Of a stretch of 60,703 bases of DNA, positions 25,511 to 36,443 are shown in pieces. The stretch is from Pseudomonadota bacterium (GTDB taxonomy: Bacteria > Pseudomonadota > Gammaproteobacteria > UBA9214): positions 1-60,703 of the forward strand of contig JARFQV010000223.1 of assembly GCA_029287615.1 (NCBI GenBank), given 5' to 3'. The first letter of the stretch is position 1, and every line of letters begins with the position of its first letter. The notes beneath the pieces were generated by a model. That model worked only from the letters and a program-made list of their open reading frames with translations, did no database searches and was not told where the DNA came from. Made by a program: the position numbers and the translations under genes.

Positions 25511-26821
25511 ATGAATTCAAAGCGAAGCAATATTCAACTTCTGTTTGTAGGTCTGGTACTGGGTATCCTGATATCCATCGGACATGGCGTGTTAGCCGAG
25601 CGCGAGAAAGCATCTCTTCCCGTTAAGGAACTGCGTACCTTCAGTGATGTATTCGGGCGCATCAAAAACGACTATGTCGAGGACGTTGAAGACAAGGAAC
25701 TGCTGGAGAGTGCCATTCGCGGGATGTTGTCAGGCCTGGATCCTCATTCGGCCTACCTCGATCAGGAACAGTTCAAGGAGTTGCAGGTAGGTACCAGCGG
25801 GCAGTTTGGCGGGCTGGGGATTGAAGTCGGTATGGAAGACGGATTCGTCAAGGTGATCGCGCCAATCGATGATACCCCCGCACAAAGGGCAGGTATCAAG
25901 GCGGGTGATCTGATCATTCGTCTGGATGATACACCGGTGAAGGGACTCACGCTTGGTGATGCGGTGAAGGTTATGCGGGGTAAACCGGGGACAAGTATTG
26001 AACTTACCATTGTGCGCGAGGGACTGGACAAGCCGTTGAAGGTGGAAATCGTCCGGGACACCATCAAGGTGAAGAGCGTGAAGAGCCGGATCCTGGAAGA
26101 CGGTTATGCTTATCTGCGCATATCACAGTTTCAGTCAAAGACCGCGGATTACGTCGATGATGCTGTTGCCAAGCTTCGAAAGGAAAACAAGGGCGAATTG
26201 AAGGGCATGATTCTGGACTTGCGTAATAACCCCGGTGGGGTACTGAACGGGGCGGTTGCGGTCTCGGATGCTTTTCTATCAAAGGGAATGATCGTTTATA
26301 CGGAAGGCCGGGTTGCGGATTCCAAATTACGATTTAATGCGACCCCCGATGATTTGCTGGATGGTGCACCGATTGTGGTCCTGGTCAATCAGGGATCAGC
26401 ATCGGCTTCAGAAATCGTTGCCGGCGCACTGCAGGATCACAAGCGCGCGATCATAATGGGCAATCAAACCTTCGGAAAGGGTTCTGTGCAAACCATTTTA
26501 CCTCTTACCAATGGCACAGCGGTGAAGCTGACAACAGCACGCTATTACACCCCTTCAGGACGTTCCATACAGGCAGAGGGAATTACGCCGGATATCGAAC
26601 TCGACAAGGTACATGTAGAGACTGTCGAGTCCTCGATTGACCCACTGAAGGAGGCGGATCTCAGCCATCACCTGAAAAACGGGAAATCCGGGAAAAAGAA
26701 TGGCAACAAATCCGAGTCCGAGGATGAGGAAGAAACGGAATCACTTGCGCAGTCTGACTACCAGCTCTACGAGGCGCTCAATTTACTGAAGGGACTCCAC
26801 ATTCTGCGCGAGCACATGTAG
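25511..26821 (+). CDS. ctpA: carboxy-terminal processing protease (S41 family)
   Basis: N-terminal TM segment, a PDZ domain (GGLGIEV...AGIKAGDLI), NPGG, the GSASASEIVAGALQD Ser motif and TFGKGSVQ. Confidence 0.92.
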   Translation: MNSKRSNIQLLFVGLVLGILISIGHGVLAEREKASLPVKELRTFSDVFGRIKNDYVEDVEDKELLESAIRGMLSGLDPHSAYLDQEQFKELQVGTSGQFGGLGIEVGMEDGFVKVIAPIDDTPAQRAGIKAGDLIIRLDDTPVKGLTLGDAVKVMRGKPGTSIELTIVREGLDKPLKVEIVRDTIKVKSVKSRILEDGYAYLRISQFQSKTADYVDDAVAKLRKENKGELKGMILDLRNNPGGVLNGAVAVSDAFLSKGMIVYTEGRVADSKLRFNATPDDLLDGAPIVVLVNQGSASASEIVAGALQDHKRAIIMGNQTFGKGSVQTILPLTNGTAVKLTTARYYTPSGRSIQAEGITPDIELDKVHVETVESSIDPLKEADLSHHLKNGKSGKKNGNKSESEDEEETESLAQSDYQLYEALNLLKGLHILREHM

Positions 26822-27021
26822 TAATTTCTCATCATCGCCTCGGGATCCGTTGACAGATGACCCCTGTCCAGTGCTTGAGAGGTGCTGGATAGAACGGGAC
26901 ACTGACCATGCCTCTTCACATTGCCGGCAATTCGCTACAATCTGAGACAGAAAGGCAGTCGATTTTTTTATGGCAAATGGAAATTTGCAGGATACAGGCT
27001 TATCCATCATCCAGGAGGTGA

Positions 27022-27585
27022 ATGATGCAAACTGCTGTCCTTGTTCCATTGGCACAGGGGTGTGAAGAACTCGAGGCGGTTACGGTTATCGATCTGCTGC
27101 GTCGCGCAGGTATTGAGGTTGTGACGGCAGGACTCGATGAACAACCGGTAGAGGGATCACGGGGTACGGTACTTGTCCCCGATACCACACTGGATCAGGT
27201 TCTGGGTCGGGATTTTGATATGGTAGTACTGCCTGGCGGTTTGCCAGGCTCGGACCATCTGGACAAGGATCAGCGTCTGAAGGATATGCTGGTGAGGATG
27301 AACGGGGAAGGGAAATATACAGCTGCTATCTGTGCAGCTCCAAGGGTACTTGCCAGTACGGGACTGCTGGATGGCAGGCGTGCCACCAGTTATCCTGGTA
27401 GTCTGGATCCGGATACCGTTCCGGGTATGGTATATGTCGAGGAGCCAGTGGTGAGGGATGGAACCGTGGTTACATCGCGTGGACCAGGTACAGCCATGGA
27501 TTTTGCTCTGGAGCTGATTGAAGTCCTGTCCGGGGTGGACGCGCGCGATGAGGTAGAGGCGGGTCTTCAACGCAGCGGTAAGTGA
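27022..27585 (+). CDS. DJ-1/PfpI family protein (YajL-like)
   Basis: LAQGCEELEAVTVIDLLRRAG with the nucleophile elbow AAICAAPRVL. Confidence 0.88.
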   Translation: MMQTAVLVPLAQGCEELEAVTVIDLLRRAGIEVVTAGLDEQPVEGSRGTVLVPDTTLDQVLGRDFDMVVLPGGLPGSDHLDKDQRLKDMLVRMNGEGKYTAAICAAPRVLASTGLLDGRRATSYPGSLDPDTVPGMVYVEEPVVRDGTVVTSRGPGTAMDFALELIEVLSGVDARDEVEAGLQRSGK

Positions 27586-27726
27586 ATCTGCCGAGTCACC
27601 GATGGTATCGGCGGTAAGGGATACGAATGAACTGGATCGTCTCCCTTATATCCAGGCAGACGTTTTCCGAACCGTTGCGGAAGCCGTAAAGCTGACCTGT
27701 CCTGAACGGTTGTGAAGAACTTCGTG

Positions 27727-29388
27727 CTACTTTCGGTTGTCAGGCCAGTTGAAAAGAAGGATTAGCAGGCCGGCTATGCCGAACAGCCAGGACAGCACCG
27801 GCGCACCGGCAATGAGCACCGCCTGGCCACCATGCAGTATATAGACCAGAGTGGCGCTGATGATCAGGCCCGTTCCGGTGACCGCGGCGTAATTACGTCG
27901 ATTGGCCTGCTTGAGATTCTGGCGCAGTTTCTGCAATTCATCCGATTTCCATTCTACCTGCATCTTACCCGAAGACAGCTGTTCCAGCGTGCGGTGAACA
28001 AGTTGCGGTATTTCGGGCAGGCTCTTGCTCCAGGTCGGGATGGTTTGCTCAAGATTACGCACAAGCGCCTTGGCGCCAACCTGTTCGCTCATCGAACGTT
28101 CCAGAAACGGTTTTGCTGTTTGCCACAGGTCGAGTTCCGGATCAAGTTGTCGGCCGAGACCCTCGATATTCAGTAGCGTCTTCTGCAACAGCACAAGTTG
28201 TGGTTGTATCTCCATATTGAATCTTCGCGCGGTCTGAAAAAGCCGCAGGAGCAGGTGTCCGAATGATATGTCTTTCAGCGGTTTTTCAAAGATGGGTTCA
28301 CATACAGTACGTATTGCGGACTCGAATTCATCAACACGGGTTCCGGCAGGGACCCATTCGGATTCAACGTGCAGTTCGGCAACCCTGCGATAGTCGCGGC
28401 GGAAAAAGGCGAGAAAGTTCTCTGCCAGATAGCGCTGGTCGACAGGGTTGAGTGTTCCCATGATGCCAAAATCAACCGCTATATACCGGCCATCCGAGCC
28501 AACGAATATATTACCCGGATGCATATCTGCGTGAAAGAAATTGTGATGGAATACCTGGGTGAAGAAGATCTCCACACCCTGTGCAGACAATCGCTTGATA
28601 TCAATATCCGGGCTTTTGCGCAGCTGGTCGATACTACTGATTGGTATGCCTGAAATACGCTCCATAACCATGATATTGTGACGGCAATACGGCCAGTAAA
28701 TCTGCGGGACATACAACAAGTCAGAATTGATGAAGTTACGCCTGAGTTGGGATGCATTGGCAGCCTCACGCATCAAGTCCAGTTCATCCAGCAGTGTTTT
28801 CTTGAATTCTGCAACGACTTCACGGGGCCGCAGTCTCCGTCCGTCTCTCCAGTAACGTTCCGCAAGTGATGCGATGTAGAACAGGAGGCCGACATCACGA
28901 CGGATCTGTTTTTTCACATGCGGCCGCAGTACCTTTACAACAACTGCGGTACCGTCGTGTAATCGGGCAGCATGAACCTGGGCAATGGATGCAGAGGCCA
29001 GTGGTGTTTCATCAAACTCAAGAAAAACATCCTGGACTGATTGTCCGTAGGTCTTCTCAATCATGGCGCGTGCCTGTGAACCCGGGAACGGCGGGACGTT
29101 GTCCTGAAGGCTGGCCAGTTCGATGGCTATATCATCCGGTAACAAATCCTGGCGTGTGGACAGTATCTGTCCAAACTTGACATAGATGGGACCGAGGTCT
29201 TCCAGGGTTCGTCTCAGTCTCACTGCGCGGGGTAATTTATGCTTGCGTATCCAGTTCCAGGGAGCCAGGTAAAGAAGGAAACGTATCGGTCTGAAAAGGT
29301 GCGTGGCAAATACAATCTCGTCCAGGCCATGGCGAACGAGTACCCAGTTGATATGTACAAGTCTCAGGAACTGTGATGTATTTATCAT
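27727..29388 (-). CDS. ubiB: ubiquinone biosynthesis protein kinase-like UbiB
   Basis: ABC1/UbiB kinase-like domain ([12 protein letters not shown]...[18 protein letters not shown]) with C-terminal TM helices. It sits downstream of ubiE-ubiJ. Confidence 0.95.
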   Translation of the reverse strand: MINTSQFLRLVHINWVLVRHGLDEIVFATHLFRPIRFLLYLAPWNWIRKHKLPRAVRLRRTLEDLGPIYVKFGQILSTRQDLLPDDIAIELASLQDNVPPFPGSQARAMIEKTYGQSVQDVFLEFDETPLASASIAQVHAARLHDGTAVVVKVLRPHVKKQIRRDVGLLFYIASLAERYWRDGRRLRPREVVAEFKKTLLDELDLMREAANASQLRRNFINSDLLYVPQIYWPYCRHNIMVMERISGIPISSIDQLRKSPDIDIKRLSAQGVEIFFTQVFHHNFFHADMHPGNIFVGSDGRYIAVDFGIMGTLNPVDQRYLAENFLAFFRRDYRRVAELHVESEWVPAGTRVDEFESAIRTVCEPIFEKPLKDISFGHLLLRLFQTARRFNMEIQPQLVLLQKTLLNIEGLGRQLDPELDLWQTAKPFLERSMSEQVGAKALVRNLEQTIPTWSKSLPEIPQLVHRTLEQLSSGKMQVEWKSDELQKLRQNLKQANRRNYAAVTGTGLIISATLVYILHGGQAVLIAGAPVLSWLFGIAGLLILLFNWPDNRK

Positions 29389-29424
29389 TTGTGGTATCGC
29401 CTGTTGCGATTCAGTAATCGTAGT

Positions 29425-30060
29425 TCAGGTTGCGGTACCGTTATCCTGCGTTTTGATCAGCTTTTGCAATTGCACGATACGCGCCTCAAGGCGATCTGCA
29501 TGAAGATTTAATTCCGATACATCAGTGATGAAGTTTTCTATCAGTATTCGTGCCGGGAGCATCCTTGCCTCTTCCTGCAGGTATTCGGATACATCATCAA
29601 TGAACAGGTTCATGCCATGGCGTGCAAAGCGGCTGGTACTACGTATTATGCTACCCAGTTGATGTGCCATAACATCACCGCAGGCACTGGACAGAATTTC
29701 TTCCCAGTCTACATCCATACTGTTGAGGATTTCCCTGAAACGTTGCCCAGTATCAGTATCACCCGTGATTTCTACATCTCCGGCAAACAGGCCTTTGTCC
29801 AGGCCTGGATCGATTCCCAGACGCAACAGGGTAATGGGTGTGCCGCGAACCATGGTGTCAGGCTGACTTTCGTAATGCCCAAGGACCTGTATTCCATCAC
29901 GACCTGGTATCAGGTAGAAGGAGAGATCGAGGCCGCGCAAATCCAGCCCGATCACTTTCCCTTCCAGAGCCGCCATTCGTGAGCGGGTTTCGGGATCCAG
30001 TGACAGACAGCGGTTAATGGCGCCTTCAGCAATCCCTGCGAACATGGACGAGGCGTTCAC
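29425..30060 (-). CDS. ubiJ: ubiquinone biosynthesis accessory factor UbiJ (SCP2 domain)
   Basis: Position between ubiE and ubiB, an SCP2-like N-terminal region (LEGKVIGLDLRGLDLSFYLIP) and a C-terminal coiled coil. The GTG start at 30060 overlaps the RDD stop (GTGA); the ATG at 30045 is an alternative. Confidence 0.8.
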   Translation of the reverse strand: MNASSMFAGIAEGAINRCLSLDPETRSRMAALEGKVIGLDLRGLDLSFYLIPGRDGIQVLGHYESQPDTMVRGTPITLLRLGIDPGLDKGLFAGDVEITGDTDTGQRFREILNSMDVDWEEILSSACGDVMAHQLGSIIRSTSRFARHGMNLFIDDVSEYLQEEARMLPARILIENFITDVSELNLHADRLEARIVQLQKLIKTQDNGTAT

Positions 30061-30527
30061 CTGATTTCCCTGATCAGTACTTTCAGTGGTTTTCTGGATT
30101 CGTCATTGGTCACCACAAGTGTGTTGGCGATCCTGTCATGGAATCCCTGCTTGCGTTTATCCCAAATGATCCATGCGAAGCCCAGAAACAGCGGCAGGAT
30201 GGATGCAATATACGCGGCACATCGCAGCATGCACTGGCCAAGTCCTGGACGGTCACCGGTACGACGGTTCACGATGGAGCAATCCATCAGCATTTTGCCG
30301 GGGGTCGCCTGGAACCGGTACCAGAACCCTGTCAGCACGGGTACCACAAGAATCCACAGGGAGGACAGCACAGTGCGGTGTTTGTCCATGGATTCCTGGA
30401 TGGTGTCGCCGAAAACGGCCAGCAGAAAGAACCTGATAATTGCTATAACAAGTGACAGCAGAAATAAATCCAGCAGCATGGCCAGAAAACGACGCCAGAA
30501 GCCGGCGTATGCACCAGGGGCAGTCAA
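30057..30527 (-). CDS. RDD family membrane protein
   Basis: [18 protein letters not shown] ... [18 protein letters not shown] (R-D-D pattern) with three TM segments. The TTG start overlaps the ubiE stop (TTGA). Confidence 0.8.
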   Translation of the reverse strand: MTAPGAYAGFWRRFLAMLLDLFLLSLVIAIIRFFLLAVFGDTIQESMDKHRTVLSSLWILVVPVLTGFWYRFQATPGKMLMDCSIVNRRTGDRPGLGQCMLRCAAYIASILPLFLGFAWIIWDKRKQGFHDRIANTLVVTNDESRKPLKVLIREIR

Positions 30528-31291
30528 AATTTATACCCGCGGTGTATTGCCACGATACCGCCAGAAAGGTTTTGATAGCTGCAGTCCTCGAATCCGGCTT
30601 TGTCAATCATGCCTTTCAGCTTCTCCTGGTCAGGGTGCATGCGGATTGATTCGGCAAGATATCGGTAGCTATCTGCATCACTGGCAATCAGGCGCCCCAT
30701 CAGCGGCATTATTTTGAAGGAATAAAGGTCATAAAGTGGTCTGATGGCAGCGACTGGCCTGGAAAACTCGAGTATCAGAAGTCGACCGGCCGGCTTTAGT
30801 ACACGGTACATGGATTGCAAGGCAGTCTGCTTGTCAGTCACATTACGCAGGCCAAAAGCGATGGTGATGCAATGAAAGCTGTTATCCGGAAAAGGAAGCT
30901 GTTCTGCATTTGCCTGAACGAACAGAACATTTCCGGTTATCCCGTGGTCGATCAGCCGACCCCTTCCTTCACGCAGCATGTTGTGGTTAATATCGGCAAG
31001 AACAACATTTCCGGATGGTCCGGTGATTCGCGACAAGCTGCGGGTCAGGTCCCCCGTACCGCCTGCAAGGTCGAGAACTTGCTGGCCACGTCTAACGCCG
31101 GATGTCTCAATGACAATGCGTTTCCAGATGCGATGTATACCAAGTGACATCACATCATTCATAAGATCATATTTACCAGCCACGGAGTCGAAGACGGATG
31201 CTACATGCCGTGCCTTTTCTTCGACAGGTACCTTCCTGTATCCAAAATCGGTTGTCTCTTTTTCAACCGGTATATCAGATTTCTCACCCAT
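30524..31291 (-). CDS. ubiE: demethylmenaquinone / 2-methoxy-6-polyprenyl-1,4-benzoquinol methyltransferase UbiE
   Basis: [44 protein letters not shown] and the SAM motif LDLAGGTGD. Confidence 0.96.
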   Translation of the reverse strand: MGEKSDIPVEKETTDFGYRKVPVEEKARHVASVFDSVAGKYDLMNDVMSLGIHRIWKRIVIETSGVRRGQQVLDLAGGTGDLTRSLSRITGPSGNVVLADINHNMLREGRGRLIDHGITGNVLFVQANAEQLPFPDNSFHCITIAFGLRNVTDKQTALQSMYRVLKPAGRLLILEFSRPVAAIRPLYDLYSFKIMPLMGRLIASDADSYRYLAESIRMHPDQEKLKGMIDKAGFEDCSYQNLSGGIVAIHRGYKF

Positions 31292-31302
31292 GGCGATATC
31301 GT

Positions 31303-31680
31303 TCAGTCGGTTGAAGCAGTCATGCGTTTGTGTCCAGCTGCTTCCAGACTTTCCAGGTATTCCTTCCAGTATCTTTCATGGTTTACTCCAAGATCATAGA
31401 GGGTTTCCCAGGAATAGATGCCTGTGTCATGGCCGTCATCAAAATGAGGTTGTATGGCATAACTGCCCACGGGATCGATTTTGGTGATTGATACTTTTTC
31501 CTTTCCCACCTGGAGCACACCCTGACCAGGTCCATGACCCCTTACCTCTGCGGAGGGTGAATAGACACGAAGGTATTCATAAGGGAGCTTGAATACATTG
31601 CCATTATCAAAGCTGATTTCCAGTATGCGTGATTTCTGGTGAAGGTTGATTTCTGTCGGGCGGGGAGATTTTTCGGGCAT
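31303..31680 (-). CDS. DUF971 (gamma-butyrobetaine hydroxylase-like N-terminal domain) protein
   Basis: ORF 31303..31785, trimmed to the ATG at 31680, because upstream it would overlap hsl[28 protein letters not shown]...[25 protein letters not shown] is the DUF971 pattern. Confidence 0.8.
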   Translation of the reverse strand: MPEKSPRPTEINLHQKSRILEISFDNGNVFKLPYEYLRVYSPSAEVRGHGPGQGVLQVGKEKVSITKIDPVGSYAIQPHFDDGHDTGIYSWETLYDLGVNHERYWKEYLESLEAAGHKRMTASTD

Positions 31681-31714
31681 GTCTTGCCTCACTGTCTGGT
31701 TTGTTACAGCATCA

Positions 31715-33043
31715 TTAAAGTATATAGCGGCTGAGATCCTCATCATGTACCAGCTGCTCCAGCTGTGCATCCACATAATCGGCATCCACTTTCAGTGTGG
31801 TGCCAGGCTGGTCCGTGGCCGTAAATGATATGGACTCAAGCAAACGCTCCATGACGGTGTGCAGGCGTCTTGCGCCAATATTTTCTGTCTGCTCATTAAC
31901 TCCCCAAGCAACCTCTGCAATCCTTGCAATTCCGTCTTCAGTGAATGACAGGCTGACATTCTCTGTCTCCATAAGAGCGATGTACTGTTCTGTCAGAGAT
32001 GCGTCGGGTTCTGTGAGTATGCGGACAAAATCATCCGCACCAAGTGCATCCAGTTCGACTCGGATGGGCAGTCTGCCCTGCAGTTCGGGAATCAGATCTG
32101 ATGGCTTGGACAGGTGGAAAGCGCCGGAAGTGATGAAGAGAATGTGGTCCGTTTTTACCATTCCGTATTTGGTTGTAACGGTAGAGCCTTCAACCAGTGG
32201 CAGTAAATCACGTTGCACGCCTTCCCTGGAGACATCCGGTCCGCTGCTATTCGAGCGTTGCGTGACCTTGTCCAGTTCATCTATGAATACGATGCCATTC
32301 TGTTCCACATTCTCGAGAGCAGCCTGTTTCAGATCATCATCGTTGATCATGCTGGCAGCCTCTTCGTCACATAACAGTTTCAGTGCATCGCGTATTTTGA
32401 GTTTTCTGGTTTTTGTACGACCACCGGCCATGTTCTGAAACATGCCCTGGAGCTGACTGGTCATTTCCTCCATACCAGGAGGAGCCATTATTTCGACGCC
32501 AATGGGCGTTGCAGATACCTCTATTTCAATCTCTCGATCATCAAGCTGTCCTTCGCGCAGTTTTTTGCGAAATTTCTGTCGCGTTGCGGATTCATCGGTT
32601 TCTGTCTGTAAATCCGCTGTGCCCCTTGGTTGTGGAAGAAGTGCATCCAGTATTCGTTCCTCGGCGGCGTCCTCTGCGCGATGCTTGACCTTGGACATCG
32701 CCTCTTCACGGGCGAGCTTGATTGCTACATCCACAATGTCTCGAATGATGGAGTCTACATCACGTCCGACATAACCGACTTCCGTAAATTTGGTTGCCTC
32801 TATCTTTACAAATGGTGCATTCGCCAGTCTGGCGAGTCGTCGTGCGATCTCGGTTTTACCGACTCCTGTCGGGCCGATCATCAGGATGTTCTTGGGCGTG
32901 ATCTCGTAACGCAGTTCCTCACTTACCTGCATACGCCGCCAGCGGTTTCTCAGTGCAATTGCCACGGCACGTTTGGCAGCTTGCTGACCGATTATGTGTT
33001 TGTCCAGTTCCTGGACGATTTCTCTGGGAGTCATCTTGGACAT
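31715..33043 (-). CDS. hslU: ATP-dependent protease ATPase subunit HslU
   Basis: [34 protein letters not shown], Walker [16 protein letters not shown], and full-length similarity. Confidence 0.97.
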   Translation of the reverse strand: MSKMTPREIVQELDKHIIGQQAAKRAVAIALRNRWRRMQVSEELRYEITPKNILMIGPTGVGKTEIARRLARLANAPFVKIEATKFTEVGYVGRDVDSIIRDIVDVAIKLAREEAMSKVKHRAEDAAEERILDALLPQPRGTADLQTETDESATRQKFRKKLREGQLDDREIEIEVSATPIGVEIMAPPGMEEMTSQLQGMFQNMAGGRTKTRKLKIRDALKLLCDEEAASMINDDDLKQAALENVEQNGIVFIDELDKVTQRSNSSGPDVSREGVQRDLLPLVEGSTVTTKYGMVKTDHILFITSGAFHLSKPSDLIPELQGRLPIRVELDALGADDFVRILTEPDASLTEQYIALMETENVSLSFTEDGIARIAEVAWGVNEQTENIGARRLHTVMERLLESISFTATDQPGTTLKVDADYVDAQLEQLVHDEDLSRYIL

Positions 33044-33242
33044 ATCAAGTTCTGATACAGCTTCTGTCTGGAATTAGAGGTCGGGAGATGGAATGAATCT
33101 GTGCAGGTGGTGCACAGGTTCACAGGTTTCGAAAGTAAATTTCCGAAACTTTGTCGTATCGGTGATAACGGACATCCGATGAGGTATTTCCGGTGGAATC
33201 AGGAGAAAAGCGTGTTTGTGCATGATGTGTGAATTTTCCGGA

Positions 33243-33812
33243 TCACGTTGTTCTACCGCCGGAACCAGAAGGTTTGCCTGACAGTTCTTCCATTGTCAGA
33301 TTGTGGTTAGTATAAATACAGATATTGGCGGCAATCCTCAATGATTTTTCCACGATGCTGCGTGCATCAAGTTTAGAGTTTTCCAGCAGAGCGCTTGCTG
33401 CTGCCTGGGCGAACGGACCTCCTGACCCGATGGCCATCAGTTCGTTTTCGGGCTCGATAACATCTCCATTACCGGTGATAATCAGGGAGGTATGCCGGTC
33501 GGCGACGGCCAGCAGAGCCTCCAGTCGACGGAGCATGCGATCGGTGCGCCAGTCCTTGGCAAGCTCTACAGCGGCGCGGGTCAGATTGCCGCTATGCTGC
33601 TCCAGCTTGCCCTCAAATCGCTCGAACAGTGTAAAAGCATCCGCTGTACCACCGGCAAAACCGGCCAATACCTTGTTCTGGTACAGACGGCGGACCTTGC
33701 GCGCATTGCCCTTCATGACGGTATTGCCCATCGATACCTGGCCATCACCCCCGATCACCACCAGGTGATCGCGACGCACGGAAAGAATAGTGGTGCCGTG
33801 AAGCTGTTTCAC
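33243..33812 (-). CDS. hslV: ATP-dependent protease subunit HslV
   Basis: [38 protein letters not shown]...[16 protein letters not shown] parallels E. coli HslV. It has a 6-residue N-terminal extension (MKQLHG) and a Gly/Ser-rich C-terminal tail. Confidence 0.95.
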   Translation of the reverse strand: MKQLHGTTILSVRRDHLVVIGGDGQVSMGNTVMKGNARKVRRLYQNKVLAGFAGGTADAFTLFERFEGKLEQHSGNLTRAAVELAKDWRTDRMLRRLEALLAVADRHTSLIITGNGDVIEPENELMAIGSGGPFAQAAASALLENSKLDARSIVEKSLRIAANICIYTNHNLTMEELSGKPSGSGGRTT

Positions 33813-33915
33813 TGGAAAAATCCCTTGCTGGGCAAGTTTAGAATTGTGTGTAATTGTACACCAAATACCTGTTTTGATTCAGCGAGCCACGGGGGGTGAT
33901 AAAGGCAAAGGCTTT

Positions 33916-34818
33916 TCAGCGGCGCTTTCTGGCTCGAGGATGGGCCTGGTCATAGACGCGGGCAAGATGCCGGAAATCAAGGTGTGTATATACCTGCGTG
34001 GTGCTGATATCCGCGTGACCGAGTAATTCCTGAACAGCCCTTAGGTCTCCACTTGATTCCAGCAGGTGGCTGGCAAACGAGTGTCTGAGCATATGGGGAT
34101 GAACGCCTTCTGGCAGGCCTTGTCGTCTTGACCAGACCTGAAGCCTCAATTGAACGGCGCGTGGTGTCAGCCGTTTCCCCCTGATACCGGTGAATAAGGC
34201 GGTTTCTCCCCTGTCCGGGAGGGAATGTCGTTCCTGTAACCAGTTGCGCAGGGCCTCCCTCGCCATACTGCCGACCGGCAATACCCGTGTTTTGGCTCCC
34301 TTGCCGGTTACCCGCACCAGCGCGCTGTCCAGATCCAGGTCGCTGATATCCAGTGCGACCAGCTCGGAGAGCCGCAATCCCGATGAATACAACAGTTCGA
34401 TTATTGCCAGGTCGCGAATGGACAGGGTGTCATTAGCATGGTCGGAGAACAGCTTCGCGACCTGGTCCACGCTAAGCGCATCTGGCAGGGGATGATGGCT
34501 GGATGGGGCGCTCACATCCAGGCCGGGATTGCATTCCACATGCTTTTCACGTAACAGATAATGGTAGAAGGTGCGCAGAGCCGACAGGCGTCGCTGAATG
34601 CTTCTTCCGCTCAGCCCGGTTCGATGTGCCTCGGCAGCCAGGCGGCGTACCCGGTTTGAATCGAGCTGATCCCAGGAATCGAGGCCATTACTGTCACAGT
34701 ATCGGGAGACTGAATCCAGTTCGCGCGCATAATGACGGATTGTATGGGGTGAGAGTCGGCGCTCTGTTTTGAGGTGGTTCAGGAACCGGTCCTTCCAGGC
34801 CAGCTCTTCCCTTCGCAT
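33916..34818 (-). CDS. xerC: tyrosine recombinase XerC
   Basis: The catalytic R...H-x2-R...H...Y set is present (GLRLSEL, HMLRHSFASHLL, LLGHADISTTQVYTH). Context is dapF-DUF484-xerC, as in E. coli. Confidence 0.92.
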   Translation of the reverse strand: MRREELAWKDRFLNHLKTERRLSPHTIRHYARELDSVSRYCDSNGLDSWDQLDSNRVRRLAAEAHRTGLSGRSIQRRLSALRTFYHYLLREKHVECNPGLDVSAPSSHHPLPDALSVDQVAKLFSDHANDTLSIRDLAIIELLYSSGLRLSELVALDISDLDLDSALVRVTGKGAKTRVLPVGSMAREALRNWLQERHSLPDRGETALFTGIRGKRLTPRAVQLRLQVWSRRQGLPEGVHPHMLRHSFASHLLESSGDLRAVQELLGHADISTTQVYTHLDFRHLARVYDQAHPRARKRR

Positions 34819-34863
34819 ACGGTACTCCCGATACCGGCTTGTCTGGCAGATGAAAGTGTTGTG

Positions 34864-35586
34864 TCAGTCTCTGGCCGTCTGTTCTTCGGGAATGAATTGC
34901 TGAACCAGGTCGCCAAGCAGTTCGCCCAGGTGGCTCAGGAACATGGTACCCATTCCCGGATGGAAGCGACTGGCTTCATGGCTACCGATTGCCAGTAGTC
35001 CTCTTGCAGCATCCTTTCCGAGTGGAATTACTGCTGCCGATTCAATCGCGGGAGCACCGTCACTGAACAGATAGTCCAGCTGTTTCGGCTTGAAACGGCC
35101 GCACTGTGGCAGTCCGGCTCTGAGAAAGCCCTTGAAACTCCCGTTTTGCCGGTCTTTCGCCGATAACTGTTCTGCGCCACAAGTCCGTGCCTCATCCTCC
35201 GTTAAGCCGGCAAGCCGAATGCTGACCGCATCCGCCTTGAACTCCCCCTGCAGGAGAGTGCGCAGGGTTTCGATCAGATCTTCCAGTGAGCCTGTCATGA
35301 GCAGCCCACGAGTGAGCTTGTGCATGCGCTCGTTGAGCCGGTCGTTATCCCTTGCTACCTGTATCAGGTCCATCAGTTTGCGTTTGAGCTGACGGTTCTG
35401 GTCTCGCAGTACACGTACCTGATGCTCGACCAGTGAGACGGCATTTCCGCAAGTGTGAGGGATTTCCAGCATGGCTAGAAGGCTGGGGTTCTCCACAAAA
35501 AAATCATTGTGGGTTGTCAGATAATCAACGACGCTGCCTTCGTCGATGCCTAGCTCATCCTGATCGGTTTTCCTTTGTGTGCTCAT
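34864..35586 (-). CDS. DUF484 family protein (YigA-like)
   Basis: [26 protein letters not shown]...[17 protein letters not shown] plus a GAF-like C-terminus. It overlaps the dapF stop by 4 nt. Confidence 0.85.
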   Translation of the reverse strand: MSTQRKTDQDELGIDEGSVVDYLTTHNDFFVENPSLLAMLEIPHTCGNAVSLVEHQVRVLRDQNRQLKRKLMDLIQVARDNDRLNERMHKLTRGLLMTGSLEDLIETLRTLLQGEFKADAVSIRLAGLTEDEARTCGAEQLSAKDRQNGSFKGFLRAGLPQCGRFKPKQLDYLFSDGAPAIESAAVIPLGKDAARGLLAIGSHEASRFHPGMGTMFLSHLGELLGDLVQQFIPEEQTARD

Positions 35587-36413
35587 ATCTCAATGCGACC
35601 CTCGAAAACACTGGTGGCTGGTCCGGTCATATGAACCGTATTATCTCCTCCCCCCCAGCTTATCACAAGATCACCACCCTGTAGCGATACATCGACATCA
35701 TTGGCAAGCAGGCCCAGTCTCTGTCCGCTGACAACAGCAGCACATGCGCCGGTACCGCAGGCCAGCGTCTCTCCGGCGCCGCGCTCATGAACACGAAGCC
35801 GTATGTGTGTGTTATCAAGTACCTGCATGAAGCCCACATTGACTCTTTCCGGGAATCTTGGATGACTCTCTATCAAGGGTCCCAGTGTTTCAACCGGTGC
35901 CTTGTCAATATCCTTGACCATCAGCACTGCATGTGGATTACCCATCGAGACTATTGCGATTTTGTACGGTTTCCCTCCTGCATCCAGTTCATGCAGGAGA
36001 GCCGGTTCGGATGCCTCGAAAGGGACATCAGCCGGATCAAACCGGGGAAGTCCCATGTCAACACTGACCATACCATCCTCCCGGAATGCCAGTTCAATCA
36101 GGCCGCTGATTGTTTCCACACAAATGCTCGTTTTGTCTACCAGACCCTTGTCGCGGACAAATCGGGCAAAACAGCGTGCTCCGTTCCCGCACTGTTCCAC
36201 TTCACCACCATCGGCGTTGTAGATCCGGTAACCGAAATCAGCCTTGTCAGACGATGCAGGCAGGATGAGCAGGACCTGATCACAACCGATACCAAGATGT
36301 CTGTCAGCAAGATAGCGAACCTGGTCCGCATCAAGAGAGACTTCCTGATGAATGGCATCAATGACAACGAAATCATTGCCCAGCCCGTGCATCTTGGTGA
36401 AGTGAACTAGCAT
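35583..36413 (-). CDS. dapF: diaminopimelate epimerase
   Basis: [15 protein letters not shown], with both catalytic Cys contexts present ([18 protein letters not shown]). Confidence 0.96.
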   Translation of the reverse strand: MLVHFTKMHGLGNDFVVIDAIHQEVSLDADQVRYLADRHLGIGCDQVLLILPASSDKADFGYRIYNADGGEVEQCGNGARCFARFVRDKGLVDKTSICVETISGLIELAFREDGMVSVDMGLPRFDPADVPFEASEPALLHELDAGGKPYKIAIVSMGNPHAVLMVKDIDKAPVETLGPLIESHPRFPERVNVGFMQVLDNTHIRLRVHERGAGETLACGTGACAAVVSGQRLGLLANDVDVSLQGGDLVISWGGGDNTVHMTGPATSVFEGRIEI

Positions 36414-36443
36414 TATGCAGGAGTATCCGGAAATAGCTGGGAG

